Source: a bacterium (GTDB lineage: Bacteria > CLD3 > SB21). From it: a stretch of 64,000 nucleotides of DNA. The notes below the pieces were generated by a model, which had not been told where the DNA came from, searched no databases, and worked only from the letters and a program-made list of their open reading frames with translations. Each line of letters starts with the position of its first letter. The first letter of the stretch is position 1. Shown piece after piece: positions 1 through 9,716 of this stretch. The stretch spans positions 1 to 64,000 of the forward strand of contig JABWCP010000015.1 in NCBI GenBank assembly GCA_013360215.1. Reading direction: 5' to 3'. The translations under genes were made by a program, and so were the position numbers.

Positions 1-2451
1 CAAACCGACAAACCCTAACATCAGCAGGCGAAACCACCACGTTTGCCAAAAAGGCGGTGTGATGACGATCATTACCGATGCACCGTCTTCATTCCACACG
101 CCGTCATGATTGGATGCTTTTACACGAAAGATATATGCACCCGGATCAAGATTGGTGTAACTCACATACCGGCGCGTGCCGCTGTACAACCATGTTTTGT
201 CAAATCCTTCCAGTCGGTAAGCATACTGATGTTTTTCCGGCGCATGATACATAAGGGCTGAAAATTCAAAAGCAAATGCATTGCCCGCGTACGGCAATAC
301 GATCTGCTGCGATTCCGTGACGGATTGTTTTAGCACGCCGTTAGGATCAACCGCGATCGGTTGATTGGCTATATGAAACTGCGTAAGCACAACGGATACC
401 GGCATCGTATTATCCGTAATGCGGTCAGGATGAAAAGCGTTGAACCCTTGTATTCCGCCAAAAAACATTTCACCGTTTTGATTTTTAAAAAATGCGCCGG
501 CATTAAATTCATTACTCTGTAGACCGTCTTTGGTATCGTAATTACGAAAAGCCGAAGTTTTCGGATCAAACTTGGACAGCCCGCCATTGGTACTCATCCA
601 TAAACAACCTTTTTCGTCACGAAGAATGCCATACACCACATCGTTGGCCAGACCGTCGCGTTCACGAAAATGTTGCGTAATACCTGTGCGCGGATCGAAC
701 CGATTCAAACCGCCGGCCGTTCCCAGCCAAAATATATGTTGCGTCGTATCCGGCAATATGCAAAGTACGATGCTATTGCTTAGGCTTTGCGGATTAGCCG
801 GATCATAATTATAAACCGTTACGGATTGCCCGTCCGCTGATATACAATTTAACCCGCCCCCCTGCGTTGCCACCCAGACTTTACCGTCCCGGTCCTGATA
901 GAGCCCGCGAATAATATTAAAACTCAAACCCGGTTTGGTTTGCGGGCTATACTGCTGCAAAACTTTTCCGGATTTTTCGATGCGAAATACACCGTTATTA
1001 TTAGTACCTACCCAGAATATATTTTTATCTCGGCGGTCTTCGATCACATAACGAATAAATTTGATATTCGGGTTGGTTGAAGGCTCAAACAACCCGCGAT
1101 CCGTATCCATCCGTTGCAAACCGGATTTATTGGTTCCTACCCAAAAAATACCTTCACTGTCTTTGAACAAAAAACGAACGGAATTATCACCGATCGTATG
1201 GCGAACTCCCGGCGTATTGACATAGGAACGAAAGGTCTGTGTTATGCGATCCCAGCGATTAAGCCCGCCGCCATTGGTACCGATCCAAAGTACTTTTCCC
1301 GAATCCGCCGGATCTTCAAAAATACAATACACACTATTGTGGCTTAGGCTATTGGTATGATCCGGATCATGTCGGTACGACGCAAAACGTATGCGTTGCG
1401 GATCGTATTTGCTAATTCCCCCGTCACGATGCCCAATCCAAATTACACCGGTATGATCTTCTGTCAAACGCAATATCAGGTTATTGCTTAGGCTGTGTGC
1501 ATCACCCGACTCGGTTTTGAACTGTAAAAACTTGTTTTGTTCTGGCGAAAAGAGAAATAATCCTCCGCCTTCGCTGCCGACCCAAATACGCCCTGCACGA
1601 TCACAGTATAACGTCTGCAAATCATCTTCGGTAAGGCCGTGTTTCGAGGCGTCTGCTTTTTTAAAATTATTCTGAAGACGCCAAACTTCATCATACATAT
1701 ATAGACCGCCACCGTATGTCGCAACGTAATACCAACCCCGTCGGTCTTTCACCACCGATCGCACACTGTTCTCCGACAAACGATAGTCACCGGCAGCTTC
1801 ACGATGATAACGTACGACGTGGCGCCGGGTAGGATCGCAAATATATAAACCCGAATTGGTCGAAAGAAAAAAACGGCTCCCGCTTTCAATTTGCAAATTT
1901 TGAACCGACGACATGTCATCGGCAGAACGCGGATTCCATCGTTCCTGTATCTTTCCGTTTTCATCCACACGCAGGAGTATGCCGCGATCCGTTGCACACC
2001 ATAGATGCCCCGTGCTGTCTTCAGCCATATTTTCAATACGATACCCCGCGATGGTCGCCGTATCGTCACTACGCTTGAATCGTAAAAATTTTTCATCGCG
2101 CGGATCGTAGCGATTTACGCCTTCCAAAGTCATCACCCAAATAAACCGACGACTATCTTCGTAGAGAGCGTTGATGTAATTATTGGATAGCGACGTGGAA
2201 TCAAACGGATCGTTTTTGAAAATGCGAAATTGATACCCATCGTAACGGTTGAGCCCGTCCTCCGTACCGAACCACATAAAACCGCGACGATCCTGCATCA
2301 TCCCAAAAATGGTGGTTTGCGATAAACCTTGTTCAACGGAAATCCGCTCTACATATAAGCGTTCTGTCTGCGCCGCTAAAAAAGCAACATTCATCCACAA
2401 CAGCATCGAGGATGCGAATTGAAACAGTTTTGCAATGCGGCCTGTATTCAT
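1..2451 (-). CDS. Two-component-regulator beta-propeller / Y_Y_Y ligand-binding membrane sensor (3' end outside window; absent from the ORF track)
   Basis: Manual translation from ATG at 2451 stays open to base 1. It shows a signal peptide, GLSQTTIFGMMQDRRGFMWFGTEDGLNRYDG, repeated D-x-x-G-x-(I/F)W(V/I)GT propeller blades, the Y_Y_Y motif YAYRLEGFDKTW...YTNLDPGAYIFRVKASNHDGVW, and PPFWQTWWF leading into a TM helix. Confidence 0.9.
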   Translation of the reverse strand, partial: MNTGRIAKLFQFASSMLLWMNVAFLAAQTERLYVERISVEQGLSQTTIFGMMQDRRGFMWFGTEDGLNRYDGYQFRIFKNDPFDSTSLSNNYINALYEDSRRFIWVMTLEGVNRYDPRDEKFLRFKRSDDTATIAGYRIENMAEDSTGHLWCATDRGILLRVDENGKIQERWNPRSADDMSSVQNLQIESGSRFFLSTNSGLYICDPTRRHVVRYHREAAGDYRLSENSVRSVVKDRRGWYYVATYGGGLYMYDEVWRLQNNFKKADASKHGLTEDDLQTLYCDRAGRIWVGSEGGGLFLFSPEQNKFLQFKTESGDAHSLSNNLILRLTEDHTGVIWIGHRDGGISKYDPQRIRFASYRHDPDHTNSLSHNSVYCIFEDPADSGKVLWIGTNGGGLNRWDRITQTFRSYVNTPGVRHTIGDNSVRFLFKDSEGIFWVGTNKSGLQRMDTDRGLFEPSTNPNIKFIRYVIEDRRDKNIFWVGTNNNGVFRIEKSGKVLQQYSPQTKPGLSFNIIRGLYQDRDGKVWVATQGGGLNCISADGQSVTVYNYDPANPQSLSNSIVLCILPDTTQHIFWLGTAGGLNRFDPRTGITQHFRERDGLANDVVYGILRDEKGCLWMSTNGGLSKFDPKTSAFRNYDTKDGLQSNEFNAGAFFKNQNGEMFFGGIQGFNAFHPDRITDNTMPVSVVLTQFHIANQPIAVDPNGVLKQSVTESQQIVLPYAGNAFAFEFSALMYHAPEKHQYAYRLEGFDKTWLYSGTRRYVSYTNLDPGAYIFRVKASNHDGVWNEDGASVMIVITPPFWQTWWFRLLMLGFVGL

Positions 2452-2487
2452 ATCCTGTTTACACTCATACCATGAGTCGGTTTTGAA

Positions 2488-3372
2488 CTAGTTCACACCG
2501 ATACGATCGGCAAGTTTTTCGATATGACGCGGCGTCGTACCACAACAACCGCCGATTATTTTTAATTTGTACTCCGATACCCACCCTTCCATACGCGAAG
2601 CAAAATCATCGGGTGTCATCGCAGGCTTTGATTGTTCCGGAAATATATTGGCATAAGCGCCGATCGGGATATCACCGGCCGTATCTTTCAATACATCCAG
2701 CGTATGTTCCATGATTTCTACGCGCATACAGTTGAGCATGAGTGCAGCGGGATTATATGTTTTAATACGCAGTATGGCTTTTTCCAAAGATTCACCGCTG
2801 AGCAGTTGCGTATCATTGCGTGCAATAAAGCTGACGGCAACGGGTAAGCCGGTCTGAACGGCATATTCCGTTGCAATGGCGGCTTCATTCATATTATTCA
2901 TCGTCTCGATCAAAATCAGATCCGGCCGCGCTGCATACAGATCATCAATACGCCGATGGTGGTCATCGCGTAAAACATCGTCCGCCGGTGCACGTTCCGG
3001 ATGATAACAATCCTCCACCGGTCCGATCGATCCGGCGATAAAAACCGTACGATCCCGTGCCACACTTTCGATCGCTTCGCGAACGGTGTCAACCGCTTTG
3101 CAGATAAGTCTTCTCGAATCATTATGGAGTTGCTCGGTCATGAGCGTTTGGCGATTTAGGCGAAACGTGTTTGCTGTGATGATCTGTGCACCGCGCTGTA
3201 TGTACTCCGCGTGAATAGTCCGCAAAACGGATGTGTACTCATTTTGAAGGAGTGCCACGGCGGACCACAACGGTAAAACACATGGAACGCCGCGACGTTC
3301 CAATTCAGAACCCGTTGCACCATCCAAGAGCAGTGGCTTCGCATCCCGAAGTCGATCAACCCAAGCGATCAT
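2488..3372 (-). CDS. Homocysteine S-methyltransferase family protein
   Basis: LLDGATGSEL, ANTF, GSIGP and IETM motifs; Zn-ligand motifs LNC and GGCCG. Confidence 0.9.
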   Translation of the reverse strand: MIAWVDRLRDAKPLLLDGATGSELERRGVPCVLPLWSAVALLQNEYTSVLRTIHAEYIQRGAQIITANTFRLNRQTLMTEQLHNDSRRLICKAVDTVREAIESVARDRTVFIAGSIGPVEDCYHPERAPADDVLRDDHHRRIDDLYAARPDLILIETMNNMNEAAIATEYAVQTGLPVAVSFIARNDTQLLSGESLEKAILRIKTYNPAALMLNCMRVEIMEHTLDVLKDTAGDIPIGAYANIFPEQSKPAMTPDDFASRMEGWVSEYKLKIIGGCCGTTPRHIEKLADRIGVN

Positions 3373-3373
3373 A

Positions 3374-3405
3374 AAATAAATGACCGCCGGTTGTACACCG
3401 GCGGT
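3374..3405 (-). terminator. Probable intrinsic terminator after valS
   Basis: Perfect 9-bp stem ACCGCCGGT/ACCGGCGGT (3383-3391, 3397-3405) with a 5-nt loop, followed on the minus strand by CATTTATTTT; 15 nt after the valS stop. Confidence 0.7.
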
Positions 3406-3420
3406 AGTATTGGAAATGAT

Positions 3421-6117
3421 TTACAAATTTTGCAAAGCGGAAAGATTGGATCGAAGTTTTTCTACGGTCGCGCGAAAATTATCCAATTTAGCGCGCTCTT
3501 TTTCGAGAACCTGTGGCGGCGCTTTGGCCACAAAACCTTCATTGCCTAATTTTTGTTCGATACCACCGATCTGACCTGAAATGCGGTCAATCTCTTTTTG
3601 TAAACGTGTACGCTCCACTTCAAGATCAATCACACCCTCTAACGGTAAATAGACTTCCGTACCATTCACAACTGCACTCGCTGCGATGCGGGGTTTATCC
3701 GCTTCGACGGCCGCCGTGATTTTTTCTACCCGCGCAAGTCCCGCAAGTGCCGATGTATTAGCATTGTACAGCGCCGCATCCTGAGGTGTAACACAACGCA
3801 GAACGAGATCTGTTTTTTTGGATGGTGCGATATTCATCTCTGAACGAATATTACGGATCGTAGTAATCGTATCCCGCAATTGCTCCAGATCTTTTTCAGC
3901 TTCCACGCTGATGTAGGACGCTTCGCACTGCGGCCACGGTTGGATCATAATACTTTCACCGTCGGTGCGCGGCATCAGACGTTGCCATATTTCCTCGGTC
4001 ACAAAAGGCACGATCGGATGCATCAACCGCAATACACCGTCGAGAATATACAACGCCGTGGATAACGTTTTTTCTTTGATCTCCGGAGTGGCATTGTACA
4101 TACGATCTTTGATCAGCTCAAGATACCAATCGCAATAATCCGCCCAGAAAAAACGATAGACCGAATCCATCGCTTCGTGCAGTTTGTAATTTTCGAGTCC
4201 GGTAGTAATACCTTCAACGGCACGATGATATCGGCTCAGTATCCACCGATCGGCGAGTTCAGTGATCGCGTTCGAAAGCGGCAGTTGCGGTTTAGCGCTA
4301 GGTAGCTGCTCCTGATAGTTCGCCAAAAAACGAAACGCATTCCATACTTTATTGGAAAAATTGCGGCCGAGTTCAAATTGGCGTTCCGCGAGATTGATAT
4401 CCTGACCTTCGGCACTGAGATCAACGAGCGTAAATCGCAACGCATCGGCCGAATATTTATCAATCACGGCTATGGGATCAATGCCGTTACCGAGCGATTT
4501 GCTCATCTTGCGGCCGAGTTCGTCACGCACGATACCATTGAAATAAACCTGACGAAACGGAACTTTACCGGTAAACTCCAACCCGGCCATAATCATACGT
4601 GCAACCCAGAAAAAGATAATATCCGGACCGGTCACCAAAAGGCTCGTCGGATAAAATTTTTCCAGATCTTTTGTTTGATGCGGCCAACCCATAGATGAAA
4701 AAGGAACCAGCCACGAAGAAAACCATGTATCCAGTACATCTTCGTCCTGACGTAAATCGGAAACCGTTAGCTGCGCATTTTTTTTCTTTAGTATCGCCAA
4801 GGCTTCATCGGCATTACGTGCTACGGCGACACTTCCGTCCGGCGCGTAAAATGCCGGTATCCGGTGACCCCACCAAAGCTGACGAGAAATACACCAGTCG
4901 CGAATGGAGGTCATCCAATGCTCATACGTTTTAATCCACTTCTCCGGATGAAACCGTATATCACCTTTAAGAACGGCCTCCAGCGCAGGTTTAGCCAATT
5001 CGTCCATTTTCAGAAACCATTGTTCCGAAACCAACGGTTCGATGGGCACATTTCCGCGCTGCGAATAACCGACGCGATTTAAGTGATCCTGAATTTTTTC
5101 GACCAATCCTGCCGATTCTAAATCGGCAACCACAGCTTTGCGTGCGGCAAAACGCTCCATGCCGCGATATTTTTCAGGCACGTTTTGATTCATGGTCGCA
5201 TCGGCATGCATGATATTAAGAAACTGCAGCTGATGACGTTTTCCGAGTACAAAGTCATTCGGATCATGGGAAGGCGTTACTTTCATTGCGCCGGTACCGA
5301 ATTCTTTATCCACATAGTCGTCGGCGATGATCGGTATTTCACGTCCCACTAACGGAAGTATCACTTTTTTTCCGATCAGGTGTTTGTAACGCGCATCGTC
5401 CGGATTGACGACGACGGCCGTATCACCCAGCATCGTCTCGGGGCGTGTCGTGGCAATGACGATATGTTCGGCGCTGTCTTTTACAGGATAACGGAAATAA
5501 TACATCTTTCCGTTGATCTCCTTGTATTCCACTTCTTCATCGGAAATAGCCGATTGCGAATACGGACACCAATTGACGATATACTGACCCTTATAGATCC
5601 AGCCTTTATTGTAAAAATGTATGAATACTTCTTTGACGGCCTCTGATAGTTTTTCATCCATCGTAAACCATTCGCGCTCCCAATCGCAAGAACAACCCAT
5701 TTTTTGCAATTGTCCGACGATCCGCGCGCGGTACGTCTCTTTATGCTTCCACACTTCATTGACAAAGGCTTCGCGGCCTAATGTTTTTCTTGAAGTCCCT
5801 TCTTTCGCTAATTGTTTTTCGACGACGGTCTGCGTTGCTATGCCGGCATGGTCCGTGCCCGGGGTCCACAGCGTTTCAAATCCCTGCATCCGTTTGAAGC
5901 GTGTATAAATGTCTTGCACGGAATTGTTATAAGCATGCCCGATATGCAATGCACCCGTTACATTGGGCGGAGGGATGACAATAGTAAAAACCGGTTTAGC
6001 GCTATCGGCATGGGCTTTAAAAAAATCATGCTTCAGCCAATACGCATACCATTTGTCTTCAGAGGCTTTGGGATCGTAAGCTTTCGGGATTTCAGTCTTT
6101 TGTTGTGCTTCGCTCAT
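3421..6117 (-). CDS. valS: Valine--tRNA ligase
   Basis: PPPNVTGALHIGH (HIGH), GTDHAGIATQ, WCISRQLWWGH, DTWFSS, KMSKS and a C-terminal coiled coil. Confidence 0.98.
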   Translation of the reverse strand: MSEAQQKTEIPKAYDPKASEDKWYAYWLKHDFFKAHADSAKPVFTIVIPPPNVTGALHIGHAYNNSVQDIYTRFKRMQGFETLWTPGTDHAGIATQTVVEKQLAKEGTSRKTLGREAFVNEVWKHKETYRARIVGQLQKMGCSCDWEREWFTMDEKLSEAVKEVFIHFYNKGWIYKGQYIVNWCPYSQSAISDEEVEYKEINGKMYYFRYPVKDSAEHIVIATTRPETMLGDTAVVVNPDDARYKHLIGKKVILPLVGREIPIIADDYVDKEFGTGAMKVTPSHDPNDFVLGKRHQLQFLNIMHADATMNQNVPEKYRGMERFAARKAVVADLESAGLVEKIQDHLNRVGYSQRGNVPIEPLVSEQWFLKMDELAKPALEAVLKGDIRFHPEKWIKTYEHWMTSIRDWCISRQLWWGHRIPAFYAPDGSVAVARNADEALAILKKKNAQLTVSDLRQDEDVLDTWFSSWLVPFSSMGWPHQTKDLEKFYPTSLLVTGPDIIFFWVARMIMAGLEFTGKVPFRQVYFNGIVRDELGRKMSKSLGNGIDPIAVIDKYSADALRFTLVDLSAEGQDINLAERQFELGRNFSNKVWNAFRFLANYQEQLPSAKPQLPLSNAITELADRWILSRYHRAVEGITTGLENYKLHEAMDSVYRFFWADYCDWYLELIKDRMYNATPEIKEKTLSTALYILDGVLRLMHPIVPFVTEEIWQRLMPRTDGESIMIQPWPQCEASYISVEAEKDLEQLRDTITTIRNIRSEMNIAPSKKTDLVLRCVTPQDAALYNANTSALAGLARVEKITAAVEADKPRIAASAVVNGTEVYLPLEGVIDLEVERTRLQKEIDRISGQIGGIEQKLGNEGFVAKAPPQVLEKERAKLDNFRATVEKLRSNLSALQNL

Positions 6118-6303
6118 AGTAAAACCGACGTGTACCTGATGAATAATGAATTATTTTTGTGGAGTGAATATAGAAGAACGGCATGACAAATAAAAGCGGG
6201 TTCTACAGCGTATTTCTGTTGGCTCCAGAATATTACCCGATCATCCCGGACACCGAGTAGGCACGTGAGAGATACACCAAGATGCCCATATTAGAATTTA
6301 TAG

Positions 6304-6361
6304 CTCGCCAAGACACCAAGTCGCACTAAAAAATTACTTAGTACTTTGCGACTTTGTGTGA
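6304..6361. repeat. Imperfect palindromic intergenic element (REP-like)
   Basis: CACCAAGTCGCA (6314-6325) pairs 11/12 with TGCGACTTTGTG (6347-6358); the left arm is built from CCAAG units. Confidence 0.45.
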
Positions 6362-6437
6362 ATATTACGCAACCATATAGTAGTATCCCGAATATCAGGA
6401 CATCCAGTGGAAACGAAAGCGATACACGGATGGGTCA

Positions 6438-7013
6438 TTATTTATTGTTTCTAGACGGCGAAACCCATGCATTGCCATCAATAAAATAACGCCATTTCTT
6501 CTCCATCCCTACGCGAATGCCGATACGCGGCGACGTTTTTATTTTTGCATGGTATCGGTCATCAGAAAGATACAGATCGTCGGTCGTCAGATCGGTTCCA
6601 TTATGGGATTTATCAATGCCCAACGCTAAACATAGTTTCCCTGGTCCGTTACTCAAAGCAAAGCCGCGAGCCATAACACGGTTAGCTTGCATGCGTTCTA
6701 CGCCATCAAGCGGTTCAACCGCCCGGATCAGGCATGCACCGGCTGTACCTTCTTTTTCGCATACGACATTGGCACAGTAATACATCCCGTAAATAAAATA
6801 CACATACAGATGGCCGGGCACGCCAAACATTATTTTATTTCTTGGCGTCAAACCGCGGTACGCATGCGACGCCGGGTCATCACCGGCACGATAAGCTTCT
6901 ACTTCGACAATACGCGCCGACATCGTCCCGTGATGCAAAATTTTTCCTAATAATTCGGGAGCCACTTCTAAGGTAGGCCGCGCATAAAACGAACGCGGAA
7001 GCGGTTTAGGCAT
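6438..7013 (-). CDS. mpg: DNA-3-methyladenine glycosylase (AAG/MPG family)
   Basis: RIVEVEAY, DPASHA, YVYFIYGMYYC, LIRAVEP, NGPGKLC and PRIGI motifs. Confidence 0.95.
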   Translation of the reverse strand: MPKPLPRSFYARPTLEVAPELLGKILHHGTMSARIVEVEAYRAGDDPASHAYRGLTPRNKIMFGVPGHLYVYFIYGMYYCANVVCEKEGTAGACLIRAVEPLDGVERMQANRVMARGFALSNGPGKLCLALGIDKSHNGTDLTTDDLYLSDDRYHAKIKTSPRIGIRVGMEKKWRYFIDGNAWVSPSRNNK

Positions 7014-8817
7014 GATGGGTTTGTTTGTCGTGTTTAAACCCTTGATGAATTTCCTCTAATAGAAAATCCACCTGTAACATAAATCGTTCCGATGCACAAC
7101 CGCGGCGCTTGCACTCACGGCAGGGGATTTTCAATTTACAATCCACTTCGTTTTTATGCAGGGTTTCAATCTCTCCGAACGCTTCATAGAGATCGCTTTC
7201 GTTTTCTTCCTGTTTACGTTTCGGTTCGTTTTCCGTCATCAATTTACCCCATTTGATACGAAGCATCTCTTCAAGGTCTTTGATACGGCCAAGAAACTGA
7301 CTGATCGTATTACGCCAGATCATCACAGCTTTATTGAGTACGGCTTCATCCACTTCGTCTTCAACACCGGATTCTTCTTCAAACTTGAAACTTTTCAGAT
7401 CAAGAATGTGTCGCACCATACCTTGAATCTCTTCAAATTCCGTAAAAAGCTCACGTTTGGTATCGCTGTAAAGCGCATTGATCGAACCTTCAAAATGCTC
7501 GATCGCTTGACGAATCACACCCTGCGCGACGGTTGCCGATCCGGATTCGAGATTTTTGGCTTCTTTGGCAAAAAGCTGAAGATAATTCAGCGAACCGCGC
7601 AACATAGTGACGGCTTCTTTTTGCGAATTGATACGACTGTAATTGAGAGACTGAAAGATCACGTCAAAATAAGCATTAACGCTGACTTCGATTTCCTTCA
7701 TTTTTTTATTTAATCGTTCAGCTTCTTTGAGACGAATCTCCGTGGTACGTTGACGCACTCTTTCATCGGTGCTCTTTTCAAGCATCGGCAACACTTGCGA
7801 TGAAATATGCCGCGGCGTCGAATCATCGGATACCAGATCAATAATGTCATCCGGCTGCAATATTTCCAACGCCTGCGCCCTCAGATCGGCATCTTTATCA
7901 AAATGAAGATAGGTAATCAGCGTAGCATTAAAAAGATCGGTCGGATCTTCCACGCACTTTTCCAACTCTCTTCGTTTGCGGTCTTGCAATACCTGTGTGA
8001 GTTGCCGACGTGCGGCATTGTGCTCATTCGTCTGATCCGCCCCCAGATCACCGCCCGCAGCCAGGTTACGAATTTCAAGATGAACCGCAGACTCCAGCAT
8101 GCGAAAAATCGAAATCGCCGTTATTTTGGGTATAGATTCCCGCATGGTGTGTATGAGCGAATCATCTTCGAGCGCATTGATCAACGTTTGCACATCCAAT
8201 GCAGAGACGACATTTTCTGCGGCCATTCGCACTTGCGCATCATCGTCAATGAGGTATGAAAACAATGTAATCAAATTAGCACGTTGTATCGGCTGCGTAT
8301 TGGCCGTATGTATCTCGCGAACTTTGACGATACGACGACTGCGCCGCTTCATGACCTTTTGTGCAAGCTTGAGGATTTTATCATCTTCGCGATCGATGTC
8401 GCGTTCCTTGATCAGATTGATAAAATCATACAATACCTTGGTGGGCAACTGAGGATTACCAAAAACCGCTTCGAGAACATCCAGGTCGCGTTCAAACAAC
8501 AAAAACACGATCAAATGTTGTACTTCGTTTTCACGGCCAAATTTGATGCGCTCCTGTTCACTAAAATCCAAGATGTGAACATATTTTCCTACGTCGCGGA
8601 AAAACGGATCGTTTTTCATCGCAATACGCGCATCGGGCGGTTGTTCATCTAAGTTTTTATAGGATTGAATATCAAACGGAAGCGACTGACGATAATAACG
8701 ATGCAGGATTTCTTTATAATGAACATGATCCGATTTCGAAAATTTATCGTCCGTTTCGATCAGACGCTCCGGATCGGTGATATCCGGTGTATTTGTTATT
8801 TTAGTGTTTTCAGACAT
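7006..8817 (-). CDS. Hypothetical alpha-helical protein with HEAT-like motifs and a C-terminal Cys4 cluster
   Basis: 603-aa ORF overlapping both neighbours by 8 nt. HEAT-like motifs LIDDDAQVRMAA, FDKDADLRAQA and STDERVRQ; C-terminal CKLKIPCRECKRRGC. Confidence 0.8.
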   Translation of the reverse strand: MSENTKITNTPDITDPERLIETDDKFSKSDHVHYKEILHRYYRQSLPFDIQSYKNLDEQPPDARIAMKNDPFFRDVGKYVHILDFSEQERIKFGRENEVQHLIVFLLFERDLDVLEAVFGNPQLPTKVLYDFINLIKERDIDREDDKILKLAQKVMKRRSRRIVKVREIHTANTQPIQRANLITLFSYLIDDDAQVRMAAENVVSALDVQTLINALEDDSLIHTMRESIPKITAISIFRMLESAVHLEIRNLAAGGDLGADQTNEHNAARRQLTQVLQDRKRRELEKCVEDPTDLFNATLITYLHFDKDADLRAQALEILQPDDIIDLVSDDSTPRHISSQVLPMLEKSTDERVRQRTTEIRLKEAERLNKKMKEIEVSVNAYFDVIFQSLNYSRINSQKEAVTMLRGSLNYLQLFAKEAKNLESGSATVAQGVIRQAIEHFEGSINALYSDTKRELFTEFEEIQGMVRHILDLKSFKFEEESGVEDEVDEAVLNKAVMIWRNTISQFLGRIKDLEEMLRIKWGKLMTENEPKRKQEENESDLYEAFGEIETLHKNEVDCKLKIPCRECKRRGCASERFMLQVDFLLEEIHQGFKHDKQTHHA

Positions 8818-9640
8818 GATGTGCTGTTTCGGTTACATTCGAATGGTTTAACTCCATCACGGCGCTGATCGTATGCTGATGCGCGACATGTACTTGGATT
8901 TGCTCTTTCATCGCAGTAGTTTGCAAATGTTCTGTCATGGACGCCATCGCAAGATCCGGCATATTATTATGTTCACTCAGATGCGCCAGCACAAGCCATT
9001 GCAGCCTTGGGAACATCGTATCGCGCATCAATTCGCCGGCCTGACGATTGGAAAGATGGCCTACACGCGATGCGATACGCTGCTTCAGCGGCCAGGGATA
9101 ACGTCCTTTCATCAGCATTCCCTCGTCGTGATTGGATTCCAAAATCAAGATATCCGAATCCTGAATGCGTGCTTTCACCAGTTCGGATGCATACCCCATA
9201 TCCGTAGCGACGGTCACTTGCCTGTTGCCGCATTGGAACGAATAACCTACCGGTTCCGTGGCATCGTGTGAAATGGAAAACGGCTGCACCTGAAGTCCGT
9301 CGGCTTCAAATGTATCGGAAAACACATGCACCCTCGTCTGCTCCGGAATGCGATGTCTCAGATGGCGAAACGTTCCCGCATTGCAATGCACCATACCGCT
9401 AAAACTTTTCAATATTTTTTTCAGACCTTTGATATGATCATCGTGTTCGTGCGTGATAAAAATGTGTTGCAGTTCGTTGATCGGCGTAGCGACCGCCGTA
9501 AGACGATCCATCGTTTCTTCACCGCTCAACCCGGCATCGATCAGAACTTTAGTTGCACCGTACTGCAAAAACGTACTATTGCCTTTGCTTCCGCTGCCAA
9601 GTACGCATACGCGCACCGCATTGTTCGCTTCTGTTAACAC
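8810..9640 (-). CDS. MBL-fold metallo-hydrolase, YycJ/WalJ (PhnP-like) subfamily
   Basis: LGSGSKGNS, HEHDDH (HxHxDH), SHDA, TDMG, ESNHD, GHLSN and AHLSEHNN; GTG start with GGAGA upstream. Confidence 0.88.
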   Translation of the reverse strand: MLTEANNAVRVCVLGSGSKGNSTFLQYGATKVLIDAGLSGEETMDRLTAVATPINELQHIFITHEHDDHIKGLKKILKSFSGMVHCNAGTFRHLRHRIPEQTRVHVFSDTFEADGLQVQPFSISHDATEPVGYSFQCGNRQVTVATDMGYASELVKARIQDSDILILESNHDEGMLMKGRYPWPLKQRIASRVGHLSNRQAGELMRDTMFPRLQWLVLAHLSEHNNMPDLAMASMTEHLQTTAMKEQIQVHVAHQHTISAVMELNHSNVTETAHHV

Positions 9641-9716
9641 ACTATCTCCGTTTAGGGAAATTAAACTGAAACCGGGGCTGTAGTCAAGACATCAATTTTT
9701 TGAGAAGGTCTTCGGC

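Noticed and set aside
3400-3411. ops-like GGCGGTAG octamer
   Set aside because: It is on the plus strand, forms part of the terminator stem, is far from the glycan operon head and lacks the downstream consensus.
5050-5575. Degenerate Zn-binding motifs in ValS (WCPYS, YSQRG)
   Set aside because: Zinc-less ValRS variants are common and the catalytic motifs are intact.
6118-6437. T-box riboswitch upstream of valS
   Set aside because: No T-box antiterminator consensus (GGTGGNACC) was recognised on the minus strand.
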